A stretch of DNA of 17,854 nucleotides from Candidatus Aegiribacteria sp. (GTDB taxonomy: Bacteria > Fermentibacterota > Fermentibacteria > Fermentibacterales > JCC-6): positions 1 to 17,854 of the forward strand of contig JAWOBF010000104.1 of NCBI GenBank assembly GCA_046498225.1, read 5' to 3'. Each line of letters starts with the position of its first letter. The stretch's first letter is position 1. The position numbers and the translations under genes were made by a program. Below, in pieces: positions 1 through 8,462 of this stretch. The notes beneath the pieces are model-generated. The model was not told the DNA's origin and did not search any database. It saw only the letters and a program-made list of their open reading frames with translations.

Positions 1-1194
1 CCGGTCCGCGATTATCCTTCTTTCGGGCGCGCAGTTCCAGTCATCCCTCTCCAGTATCCTGGAAAGGACCTTGGAACCCGTTCCCGTGGAATGGAAGGCT
101 TCGAAGAACCTCAGGGCCCATTCCTCCGTCTCGTTCACTATCCTGTCCCTGTACTTGCCGGGAAGACTCATGATACGGTGATGGAAGGGAAGGTTGCATT
201 TCTTGTAGCTGCCCGAGCTCCTCGAATGACCCTGACCGTCAGCCCAGCTGACGATATCCTCCCACAGGTCCATGGGAATGCCCCTGTCCGGACGTTTCAC
301 GTAGGAACCGTCCTCTATCACCGCGTTCCCGCTTATCGGGTCGATCTCCAGACCGAATACTATGTTCTGCCACAGGGTGCCGACGTTGCCCTTGTTTATT
401 CCGTACTCCCTGAAGTGCCCCACCTTGTCCAGCGGTGTGCCGCTTATTCCGTGCTGCGCTATCACGCAGCCGTAATCGGAGATCGCGTCGGCTATCTCAC
501 GGGTCCTGTCCAGGTCGATGCCCTCTCCCTCACCCTGAGAGAGATCGTATGTCCCGTGCTTGGAGCCGTTGGATATGGCCAGGAAGTCCGGAAAGACGCC
601 CCAGCTGTTCAGCCCTCCCACGAAGTACTCCGCCTCCTCCACTGTGGTGAGGACACCGGCCCCCTTTATCTCTCCCACTTCGGCCTCCAGGCCTATGTAG
701 GGCGGAATGTGCATGGCCAGGTCCCTGGTGTAGACAAGGTTCTCGTGATCATGGTTGTGGGATGCGTCAATAGCTACCGATGTCCAGCCCCGGGATATGG
801 CGTCGGGAACGGTTACCGTTGCCTCGTCGCGGTCGGAGGCGGATTTGATTGCGTAGTGGTCCATGTGAAGTGCGTAGATCACTCCGTCCCCCACCTGGCT
901 GGAGTACTGCATGGCGAACCAGGGAAGGTTCTCGAAATTCACTCCGGTGTATCCGGATTCGGACTTGGCCAGCTCGAGCACCACGAAGGAATCCACCTCA
1001 CGGGCCGCCCGCATTATACCCAGCGCGCTCAGGGGATTCCTGATGTTGGCCGCCATGACTATGGCGTTATCCTCCACCGCCACCGCCGCTATGTCCCTCA
1101 TGCTCACCAGAGCGCATCTGCTGCGGGGAAGCGCCCTCCTTACGTTCAATGGCCTGAGGTCCAGGAACCTGTCGTATTCCTTCGTCGTATTCAT
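1..1194 (-). CDS. fba: Class II fructose-bisphosphate aldolase (3' end lies outside the window)
   Basis: Manual minus-strand translation from ATG 1194 (AAGGGA 6 nt upstream; alternative in-frame ATG at 1209) is open to position 1: MNTTKEYDRFLDLRPLNV...ALHMDHY...GWTSVAIDASH...LEAEVGEI...LAISNGSKHG...IAQHGISG...GINKGNVGT. These are the class II aldolase Zn-ligand and substrate motifs. It is absent from the ORF track because there is no stop codon in the window. Confidence 0.93.
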   Translation of the reverse strand, partial: MNTTKEYDRFLDLRPLNVRRALPRSRCALVSMRDIAAVAVEDNAIVMAANIRNPLSALGIMRAAREVDSFVVLELAKSESGYTGVNFENLPWFAMQYSSQVGDGVIYALHMDHYAIKSASDRDEATVTVPDAISRGWTSVAIDASHNHDHENLVYTRDLAMHIPPYIGLEAEVGEIKGAGVLTTVEEAEYFVGGLNSWGVFPDFLAISNGSKHGTYDLSQGEGEGIDLDRTREIADAISDYGCVIAQHGISGTPLDKVGHFREYGINKGNVGTLWQNIVFGLEIDPISGNAVIEDGSYVKRPDRGIPMDLWEDIVSWADGQGHSRSSGSYKKCNLPFHHRIMSLPGKYRDRIVNETEEWALRFFEAFHSTGTGSKVLSRILERDDWNCAPERRIIADR

Positions 1195-1211
1195 GCTGCA
1201 TCCCTTCATAT

Positions 1212-1240
1212 TTGACCGTAGCCCACAAGAATGTTAATAT
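1212..1240 (+). promoter_or_regulatory. Sigma70-type promoter for ktrBA
   Basis: TTGACC (1212-1217), 17-nt spacer, TAATAT (1235-1240), with an extended -10 TG at 1232-1233. It lies just upstream of the ktrB start. Confidence 0.6.
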
Positions 1241-1263
1241 GCTTGAAACCCCGGCTGAGAGGA

Positions 1264-3054
1264 ATGGTGCATCCATTGGAAAGGTTTCCCGGTGACCGGA
1301 CCACCAGAATGCTGCTGTCGCTGCTGGTCCTGGCGGTTCTTACGGTCCGCTTCGGGCTGCTGTCGGATTCCCCGGACGTCCGCTCCGCCGCCGACGTCCT
1401 GATACTGTTCTCCTCCTTTCTCTTCCTTGGCGGCGTGATATTCCCCCTGAGCCTGAAGTCCTTCCTGGACCGGTTCAGCGGAGAGAAATGGCTCTTCCTT
1501 TTCAGCTTCCTCTACCTCGTCGCTCTTCTTGCGGCAGCCGTTGTATCCCTGGCTCCGAATCGTCCGGACGGCTGGTCTCCGTTCGGCGCAGTTATCACGA
1601 TATCCATCGTATACTCTATACTCTGCTCGGTGAGAGTGTTCCTGTCCTCCTTCGGTTCCTGGGCGCTTTCGAGGCTCTCGCCATGGGCCATACTGCCGGC
1701 TTCCTTCGCCTTGGTCATAGCTTTCGGAACTTTCATGCTCATGATGCCCGCCTCCACGCCCGGGGGGGGTATCGATCTGGTCGACGCCGCCTTCACCTCC
1801 ACGTCGGCCACCTGCGTCACCGGGCTGATAGTCAGGAACACCGCCACGGAGTTCACCCTCTTCGGCCAGACCATCATCCTCCTGCTGATACAGGTGGGAG
1901 GGCTTGGAATAATGACCTTCGCCGCTTTTTTCGCGCTTTTCCTCGGACACAGCGCCGGGCTTCGGGAATCCACTTCCCTCATACGGGTGGTGGACAGCGA
2001 TTTCGTGAGCGACCTGAAGAAGATAACAGGCTCCATTGTCGGATGGACCCTGACCATAGAAGCGGCGGGGGCCTTCGTTCTCTACATCATATGGGACAGC
2101 CAGCCGGTGGGCTGGAGCTGGCAGTTCAAGTTATGGCAGAGCCTGTTCCACAGCATATCGGCCTTCTGCAACGCGGGTTTCAGCCTCAATCCCGCTCCGG
2201 TGAATGCTTCCACCGGTTTCTTCAGCAGTCCGGAGAACCTGGAGGGATTCGCCCATGTCCCGGGAATTGCCCTGACCATAGGCACTCTCATAGTCCTGGG
2301 AGGAATTGGTTTCATGGTTCTCACCTCCCTCGGGGTCCATATGCTGCACAGGATGCGCACCGGTCACAGGATGCGGATGACGGTCCAGGTCAAGCTGGTG
2401 CTATGGATAACCGGCATTCTGATAGCCGGTGGAATGATACTCTTCCTGGCGCTGGAATGGAACTCCTCACTGGAGGGAATGTCCCTGTCCCAGAAGCTGG
2501 CGAACTCCTACCTCGGCTCCGTCACTCCCAGGACCGCGGGTTTCAACACCGTGCCCACTTCCATGCTCGCTCCGGCCATGCTGTGGTCCTTCCTGGTCCT
2601 GATGTTCATAGGAGCGTCTCCCGGCGGAACCGGAGGAGGAGTGAAGACGAGTACGGTGGGTGTTCTCTTCATGACGGTCATCTCCCTGATAAAGCGGAAG
2701 CCGTCCACCGAGATATGGAAGCACAGGATACCCCCGCATGACGTTTACAGGACCGCCGGGGTCTTCATCATGTCGGCGCTGGTCTTCAGCCTTTCGGCGG
2801 GAATGCTAATGGTCACAGAACAGGGGGGCACCTCCGGTTTCGGGCCGTTCGATTATATTTTCGAGTCCATGAGCGCTTTCGGCACCGTTGGCCTCTCCAC
2901 CGGTCCCACAGCATATTTGAGCTGGATGGGCAAGGTGATAGTCATACTGACCATGTTCGCCGGAAGGGTGGGACCCGCAGCCCTCGCCGCGGCTACCGGC
3001 AGAAGGGATAAGCTGCATTACAGCTATCCGGAAACCAGAATATCCATAGGCTAG
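1264..3054 (+). CDS. ktrB: Trk/Ktr K+ uptake membrane subunit (KtrB/TrkH family) with N-terminal hydrophobic extension
   Basis: Four selectivity-filter repeats SATCVTGL, SAFCNAGFS, TPRTAGFN and SAFGTVGLS, the gate loop GASPGGTGGGVKT, and the C-terminus YPETRISIG. Start placed at ATG 1264 (GTG 1267 possible) because ATG 1231 falls inside the predicted promoter. Confidence 0.93.
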   Translation: MVHPLERFPGDRTTRMLLSLLVLAVLTVRFGLLSDSPDVRSAADVLILFSSFLFLGGVIFPLSLKSFLDRFSGEKWLFLFSFLYLVALLAAAVVSLAPNRPDGWSPFGAVITISIVYSILCSVRVFLSSFGSWALSRLSPWAILPASFALVIAFGTFMLMMPASTPGGGIDLVDAAFTSTSATCVTGLIVRNTATEFTLFGQTIILLLIQVGGLGIMTFAAFFALFLGHSAGLRESTSLIRVVDSDFVSDLKKITGSIVGWTLTIEAAGAFVLYIIWDSQPVGWSWQFKLWQSLFHSISAFCNAGFSLNPAPVNASTGFFSSPENLEGFAHVPGIALTIGTLIVLGGIGFMVLTSLGVHMLHRMRTGHRMRMTVQVKLVLWITGILIAGGMILFLALEWNSSLEGMSLSQKLANSYLGSVTPRTAGFNTVPTSMLAPAMLWSFLVLMFIGASPGGTGGGVKTSTVGVLFMTVISLIKRKPSTEIWKHRIPPHDVYRTAGVFIMSALVFSLSAGMLMVTEQGGTSGFGPFDYIFESMSAFGTVGLSTGPTAYLSWMGKVIVILTMFAGRVGPAALAAATGRRDKLHYSYPETRISIG

Positions 3055-3072
3055 GATGGAAGAGGAACAGCA

Positions 3073-3732
3073 GTGAAAGCTCAGAAATTCGCCGTGATCG
3101 GTCTCGGTTCCTTCGGGTACAGCCTTGCGACGAAACTTGAGGACCTCGGCGCGGAAGTGCTGGCGGTAGACCAGAACGACAGGATAATCCAGGAGATAAG
3201 CAATTCCGTATCCGCCGCGGTGGCTTTCGACTGCACCGACGAGAACCTTCTGGAGGCCCACGGCCTGGCGAACATGGATATGGTCATAGTGGCCATCGGA
3301 GAGGATTTCGGATCCAACGTCCTGGTTACCAAGATACTGAAAGACATGGGCCTGACGGTCCACAGCAGGGCCACCAGCAAAAGAGAGGCCCGCATTCTCA
3401 AGGCTGTGGGAGCGGACCATATCTATACTCCGGAGCAGACCCAGGGGGTGACCGAAGCCAGAAGGCTCACCCTGCAGGGCGTGGAGTCATACATCCCTCT
3501 CTCCGGGGGCATAGTCTTCGCCCATGTGGAGGTCAAACCCGCCATGGTGGGCAAGATGCTGAGGGACCTGGACATGAGAAGGACCTTCGGGCTGAACATT
3601 GCCTACATCGGAAGAATGACCGAAGAGGGAAGAAAATACCGGATTCCCAGGGCCGACGATGTTTTCAGACCGGACGATCACATATTCATCATGGGCACCA
3701 AGGAGGGTATCAAGAGCTACCTGCAGAGCTGA
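3073..3732 (+). CDS. ktrA: Trk/Ktr K+ uptake RCK regulatory subunit (KtrA/TrkA family)
   Basis: N-terminal FAVIGLGSFG (GxGxxG Rossmann fold), VIVAIGED, VGADHIYTPE and a C-terminal RCK_C-like segment. GTG start with AGAGGA upstream, 18 nt after ktrB. Confidence 0.93.
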   Translation: MKAQKFAVIGLGSFGYSLATKLEDLGAEVLAVDQNDRIIQEISNSVSAAVAFDCTDENLLEAHGLANMDMVIVAIGEDFGSNVLVTKILKDMGLTVHSRATSKREARILKAVGADHIYTPEQTQGVTEARRLTLQGVESYIPLSGGIVFAHVEVKPAMVGKMLRDLDMRRTFGLNIAYIGRMTEEGRKYRIPRADDVFRPDDHIFIMGTKEGIKSYLQS

Positions 3733-3749
3733 ACCTTCCCGGAGGCCGC

Positions 3750-4700
3750 CTACTTCTTTCCCATGAGTTCCGCCAGTCCGGCAGAGCTCAGCGCGTGTCT
3801 CTGGTCCCTGTTCATGTCCCGGAACAGCTGAACGCAGAGTTCGGGGTTCCTGTGCTGGCCGGAGATGGAGGTAACCAGGGTCATTATCACGTCCGGCAGT
3901 CTCTGTGGATCGTCGAAGGATCCCTTCTGCTGCAGTCCCTCGTCGGGGATAAGGACCATCTTGCTCAGGGCGGGCTTCTCCTGGCGATGGCTGCCGAAGA
4001 TGTTCACCGAAACCATGAAGCAGTCCGGCCAGCTTTCCTGCAGAGCCTTGTACCAGTTATTGAAGGCGTTTATCAGGAGAGATATCTCGTCCAGCCCGAC
4101 GCCCGACAGCGAAGGGGTCTTCCCGGGATAGAAGTAGCCCATCCCTCCGCTTATGACCTCGTATTCCAGGAACTCCCACACATCCGGGCCGTCCATGACC
4201 TTCTGCGGCATCCAGCCTATGTCCGCCCTTCCTTCGATGATGGGAATGATGATGGTGGAGTTGTCCTTGACCACCCTGATAAGACCTGACTTGCCCTTGC
4301 TCACCAGCTTCTCGTACAGCTCCATTATCTGCCCGCGGGAACCCTCCAGCCTTCTCAGGACCGGTTCCTCGGTCCAGCATCTCATCAGGTATTTGAGGAC
4401 GCCATCCTCCAGGAAGTAGTAGGACAGAATCAGTTCGTTCACATCGTTCTCCAGCCATTCCAGGAAACCCTCCAGCCCCTTGACGTCCCTTCCTATGAAC
4501 CTGTAGGGGGTACCGTTCTTGATGGCGTGGTAGGCCATGGGTTCACCGTCGCTGTCAACCCGCCAGTAGCCGTCCCTGTGCAGCTCCCGGCTGTCCAGCG
4601 CTCCCCGGGAGAGTTCGCGCAGGTCCAGGTATCGGACGGGAATGTTCTCGAAGTACTTGACGGAAAAGGGAAGCGTTTCCCTCAGGAGGACGTCGCTCAT
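3750..4700 (-). CDS. Hypothetical protein, 316 aa, possibly two DUF4388/PATAN-like domains
   Basis: ATG 4700 overlaps the lepB stop (ATGA). The longer ORF-track version to 5021 overlaps lepB and is unlikely. The segment LYEKLVSKGKSGLIRV...IIPIIEGR resembles the DUF4388 pattern (domain call tentative). Confidence 0.75.
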   Translation of the reverse strand: MSDVLLRETLPFSVKYFENIPVRYLDLRELSRGALDSRELHRDGYWRVDSDGEPMAYHAIKNGTPYRFIGRDVKGLEGFLEWLENDVNELILSYYFLEDGVLKYLMRCWTEEPVLRRLEGSRGQIMELYEKLVSKGKSGLIRVVKDNSTIIIPIIEGRADIGWMPQKVMDGPDVWEFLEYEVISGGMGYFYPGKTPSLSGVGLDEISLLINAFNNWYKALQESWPDCFMVSVNIFGSHRQEKPALSKMVLIPDEGLQQKGSFDDPQRLPDVIMTLVTSISGQHRNPELCVQLFRDMNRDQRHALSSAGLAELMGKK

Positions 4701-5431
4701 CTGATGAGCCTCGCTATCCTGTCGAACCTGGGCATTCCATGGCCGGGAACCCATGACCAGTACGTAACCAGCGCCTCGCCCTTTATCAGGTCCACCGGCA
4801 GCGCCCCCCAGACCCTGCTGTCGCTGGAATGGTCGCGATTGTCGCCCATCATGAAAACATGATCCTCCGGGACCACGTAGGCCGGGTTGCCGGACCCTGT
4901 AACGACGGAGTTCTCCCTTATCTCCCAGTATGCGAGGTCGGCGACCCTTCCGTAGAGCTGGTCGATGCATTCCGGCCATGCCTGATCGAGCGGGCTGGGC
5001 TCGAAACTGTCCTGATAGCACAGGGCCCAGTTCTCCAGCGGTTCCCCGTTGACGTACAGGGTATCGTTGCTGACCCGGACGGTATCCCCGGCCACTGCCA
5101 CCAGCCTCTTGACGAAATCGTTGGCCGGACCGCCGGGGTATCTGAAGACGATTATCTCCCCCACTTCCGGGTCCCCTGTGGCCGGCATGAGAAGGCCGTA
5201 CTCCTCGCCCCTGAAGTTATGGAGGAGGGGTCTCATCCTGTCCGTCCATGGTATCTGCTGCCCCTGCTCCACCTTGAGGACCAGCAGGTGGTCCCCCACC
5301 AGCATGGTCCTCTCCATGCTGGGGGTGGGTATCCTGAAAGCTTCGACGACGTAGGGTCTGAGAAAACCGAAGAATATTATCAGGGCCAGGGCAAGCTGCA
5401 GTATCCAGTCCTTTATCTTGGCAGTGTTCAA
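4697..5431 (-). CDS. lepB: Signal peptidase I
   Basis: One N-terminal TM helix, box B VEAFRIPTPSM (catalytic Ser), GDHLLV, DFVKR (catalytic Lys) and box E MGDNRDHSSDSR. TTG start at 5431 has GGAGG at 5440-5436. Confidence 0.95.
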   Translation of the reverse strand: MNTAKIKDWILQLALALIIFFGFLRPYVVEAFRIPTPSMERTMLVGDHLLVLKVEQGQQIPWTDRMRPLLHNFRGEEYGLLMPATGDPEVGEIIVFRYPGGPANDFVKRLVAVAGDTVRVSNDTLYVNGEPLENWALCYQDSFEPSPLDQAWPECIDQLYGRVADLAYWEIRENSVVTGSGNPAYVVPEDHVFMMGDNRDHSSDSRVWGALPVDLIKGEALVTYWSWVPGHGMPRFDRIARLIR

Positions 5432-5585
5432 GATACCTCCAGATGTTTTTTTGTGTCGGCAAGCCAATGAATTGCACAGAAGGGCCACCATTGTCAACAG
5501 TATTGGAACGGCGGCCCGCCGCGCAGGTATAGTGAGGCCGGGCGCACCTTACTATATTACAGGGTCTTCCGCCTCTTATCCTGCA

Positions 5586-5611
5586 ATATCATGTATTAAC
5601 ATACAAGATAT
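5586..5611. promoter_or_regulatory. Imperfect palindrome, candidate transcription-factor operator
   Basis: ATATCATGTAT-TAAC-ATACAAGATAT: arms match at 10 of 11 positions. AT-rich, in the divergent lepB/mscS intergenic region. Confidence 0.4.
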
Positions 5612-5688
5612 GGAATGATTCGGACGACGGAGAAATCGAACGCGAAACCGTGCTTCAGCATACCGTTATCACCCATCGGAGGTACCCA

Positions 5689-6744
5689 ATGGCCGATTTT
5701 CTCAACGGGACCCTGGACTTCGAGACCGCGGGGGTTCCTCTGGGCGGGATAGCCGTCTCTCTCATGATAATACTGGCCGCTTTCCTCCTCCGGAGCCTTC
5801 TGAAGTCGGCGCTGAAGAGGGCCGGGGAGAGAAGCCGCGGTTTCGTCGGAAGCCTGGCCAGGGACCTCACGAAACCCACATCGTTCCTCGTTATGCTGGT
5901 GGGCATATATTTTTCCATTCGAATACATTACCTGTCCCCGGCCATCGAGGTCCTGTCCGCCGGGGTATTCCTGTTCTTACTGACGGTGAACGTTCTCTGG
6001 CTTCTGATGAGATGCGTGGACGCCGCGGGGGAGCAGATGTCGGCCGTGGCAGAGGGAACGGAATCCAGGATGGACGACCAGCTGATACCGATACTCAGGA
6101 AGCTGGTCAAGGTTATACTGGTGGCCATCGGGATCATCTTCTACATGCAGTCCAACAACTACCCGGTCAGCGGAATACTGGCGGGTATGGGAATAGGCGG
6201 CCTGGCCATGGCCCTGGCTGCCCAGGATTCCATAGCCGGAGTATTCGCCTCGGTGGTCATCTTCCTCGACAAACCCTTCATGGTGGGGGATTTCGTGGAG
6301 ATGAAGGGAGTGGTGGGAACGGTGGAGGAGATAGGCATACGCTCCACCAGGATAAGGACCGTGGGCAAGACCCTGGTCACCCTTCCCAACAAGGAGATAG
6401 TGGATTCCAACATCGACAACTTCTCCAAGAGACCCATGCGGAGGACCGAGACCACGGTAGGGGTTACGTACGACACCACCCCCGGACAGATGCGGGAGCT
6501 GCTGGACCGGCTGAGGACAATGCTCACAGATGACGAGATGGTGGACAGCGACAGCATATTCGTACATTTCGCCGGCTTCGGCGACTCATCGCTGGATGTG
6601 GAGCTCAAGTACTTCATATGCTCAGCCGATTACAGGAAATGGCTTGACATGAGGGAGGATATCAACCTGCGAATAATGGACGTGGTCTACGACCTGGAAC
6701 TTGAATTCGCGTTCCCCTCCACCACCGTATACCTCGAGCAATGA
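5689..6744 (+). CDS. mscS: Small-conductance mechanosensitive channel (MscS family)
   Basis: GILAGMGIGGLAMALAAQD pore helix, DKPFMVGDFV, GTVEEIGIRSTRIRT, LPN, GFGDSSLD, EFAFPS. ATG 5689 is preceded by GGAGG (5678-5682). Confidence 0.95.
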   Translation: MADFLNGTLDFETAGVPLGGIAVSLMIILAAFLLRSLLKSALKRAGERSRGFVGSLARDLTKPTSFLVMLVGIYFSIRIHYLSPAIEVLSAGVFLFLLTVNVLWLLMRCVDAAGEQMSAVAEGTESRMDDQLIPILRKLVKVILVAIGIIFYMQSNNYPVSGILAGMGIGGLAMALAAQDSIAGVFASVVIFLDKPFMVGDFVEMKGVVGTVEEIGIRSTRIRTVGKTLVTLPNKEIVDSNIDNFSKRPMRRTETTVGVTYDTTPGQMRELLDRLRTMLTDDEMVDSDSIFVHFAGFGDSSLDVELKYFICSADYRKWLDMREDINLRIMDVVYDLELEFAFPSTTVYLEQ

Positions 6745-7415
6745 AAGCTCCGCGCGAAGGGCACAGGGAAAGGCTGAGAAAAAGATACCTTCAGGGCGGC
6801 ATCAGGGCCTTTTCCGACCGCGACGTCCTGGAGCTCCTTCTCACCTACGCACTCCCCAGAAGGGACACGAGGGATATGGCCCACCAGCTGCTGGAGAGGT
6901 TCGGCAGCCTGCACGGAGTTCTGTCCCAGCCCCCGGCGATGCTGCAGACGGTGGATGGCGTAGGTCCGGCGGCGTCTATTCTCCTGAACATGGTCACGGC
7001 TGCCGCCGCGCGGTCCCTCAGGCCGGAGCAGGGGGCCCGTATCATAGACAGCCCGGAGGGCGTCAGGAAGTATCTGGAAGCCTCCCTGGGAACCCTGAGG
7101 AAGGAGCGGCTGATGGCCCTTCTTCTGGATTCCAGCAACCGTCTCATATCCGAGTGCTCCCTGGAGTTCGGCACGGTGGACAGGGCCTCGGTCCATCCCA
7201 GGAACCTGCTGGAGAAGATAATCTCCACCGGGGCCACCGCGGTCATACTGGTGCACAATCATCCCGGGGGCGCGAGGAAGGCGAGCCGGGAGGACATCGA
7301 CCTCACCAGAAGGCTGAGCGAACTAGGGCGCAGCCTTGGCTTCCGGGTGCTGGACCACATGATAGTGGCCGACGGCGAAACACTCAGCCTCAGGGAAGAG
7401 GGTCTCTTCAGCTGA
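6741..7415 (+). CDS. radC: RadC family protein (HhH + JAB domain)
   Basis: GHRERLR, ELLL, LLERFGSL, VDGVGPA (HhH), GTVDRASVHPR, VHNHPGG...SRED (JAB metal motif), VLDHMIV. ATGA overlap with the mscS stop. Confidence 0.93.
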   Translation: MKAPREGHRERLRKRYLQGGIRAFSDRDVLELLLTYALPRRDTRDMAHQLLERFGSLHGVLSQPPAMLQTVDGVGPAASILLNMVTAAAARSLRPEQGARIIDSPEGVRKYLEASLGTLRKERLMALLLDSSNRLISECSLEFGTVDRASVHPRNLLEKIISTGATAVILVHNHPGGARKASREDIDLTRRLSELGRSLGFRVLDHMIVADGETLSLREEGLFS

Positions 7416-7421
7416 CCGTCC

Positions 7422-8462
7422 TCAGCGCCTGACCACCTCCGGCCTGGGAGGGTCCTGAAGCAGTTCCAGTACGTCTCCCACGGGGAAATCCCTCCTCCAG
7501 AACCTGACCCTTGCCCTGGACGGGTCATCCTCCACGGGGGGCTCGTCCTTCACGAACGGGTCGTAGTATCTCTTCTTCAGCATGTCCCTCCACCCCTCGG
7601 CGGAAGTTACACCCCGCGCCAGTCTCTTCGGGGGAGGTATACGGGGCCAGAACACTTCGTTCCAGAAAAGAAGGTAGCGCCGGTCCTGAAAGACCCGGTC
7701 CCAGGTGATACCCATGAAATCCGCCATGAACCTGTGGCTGTTCCTGAGTTTCGCCACCGCCTCGTCGCCGGGGCCGAAGGACTCGATGGCCTGGGCGCAG
7801 GCCGGAAGCAGCCCTATAACCTCCAGGTAGAGGGCGTCCCACTGGTGTTCCACGTTGGAGAACTCGGCCATCCTGGTTCCCTCGTACTCCAGCTCGGGTA
7901 TGGTCTTCACCCTTGCGTAGACTTCCGCCGTCAGCTTCTGCTGGTGGTCCACGGTGGGGGAATGAGCGTCTCTGGCCTGTTCGAGCGTCCTGCGGGCCGT
8001 TTCCATGAGCGGTTCCCTGCTCATTTCCAGCAGCACGCCGTCCTCTTCGAGCATGGTATTGAAATGGATGGCGTTCTTTGCCTGCCGCTCTATTTCGAAT
8101 ATCCTTTCGTAGTACACCGCCTGCTTCTCGCGGTTGGCCCCCTGCATGGAATCGTAGGCCATGTGATACCCGGCGGCGGGTATGCTGGCCGGGGGTATCG
8201 ACTCATCGAGACCCTGGCTCTCCATCTCCTCCGGGGAAAGCTGGGGCTCGGAGGCCAGCTCCCCTATGAGGGTGGCCACCTGGCTGAACTGGGGGTCCAT
8301 GCTTATGGCCGTCATGTCCGCCCCGTCCTCGGCCTTCCGCCACAGGGAATCCACCAGTTCCCTGGCCTTCTTCAGCTTTTCGTTGTTCGATCCGATTGTA
8401 GAGGTGTAGTTCTCCACGGAAAAGCGGAAACTCTCCAGCATCTGCTTCAGAGTGCTATCCAT
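7422..8462 (-). CDS. Hypothetical helical protein, 346 aa
   Basis: Long ORF with natural composition and GGGAGG upstream of ATG 8462. It overlaps the upstream gene's end by 8 nt. No recognised family. Confidence 0.8.
   Translation of the reverse strand: MDSTLKQMLESFRFSVENYTSTIGSNNEKLKKARELVDSLWRKAEDGADMTAISMDPQFSQVATLIGELASEPQLSPEEMESQGLDESIPPASIPAAGYHMAYDSMQGANREKQAVYYERIFEIERQAKNAIHFNTMLEEDGVLLEMSREPLMETARRTLEQARDAHSPTVDHQQKLTAEVYARVKTIPELEYEGTRMAEFSNVEHQWDALYLEVIGLLPACAQAIESFGPGDEAVAKLRNSHRFMADFMGITWDRVFQDRRYLLFWNEVFWPRIPPPKRLARGVTSAEGWRDMLKKRYYDPFVKDEPPVEDDPSRARVRFWRRDFPVGDVLELLQDPPRPEVVRR

Noticed and set aside
91..1215. 374-aa plus-strand ORF
   Set aside because: Antisense shadow of the aldolase gene, which carries all the family motifs. 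No recognisable features of its own.
1488..2741. 417-aa alternative-frame ORF inside ktrB
   Set aside because: Arg/Gly/His/Pro-rich off-frame translation typical of GC-rich coding DNA.
4701..5021. N-terminal extension of the 423-aa ORF
   Set aside because: Overlaps the conserved C-terminal half of lepB. The ATGA-coupled start at 4700 is more plausible.
5470..5497. Perfect TTGACA on the minus strand upstream of lepB
   Set aside because: No convincing -10 hexamer at 16-18 nt spacing, so not called as a promoter.
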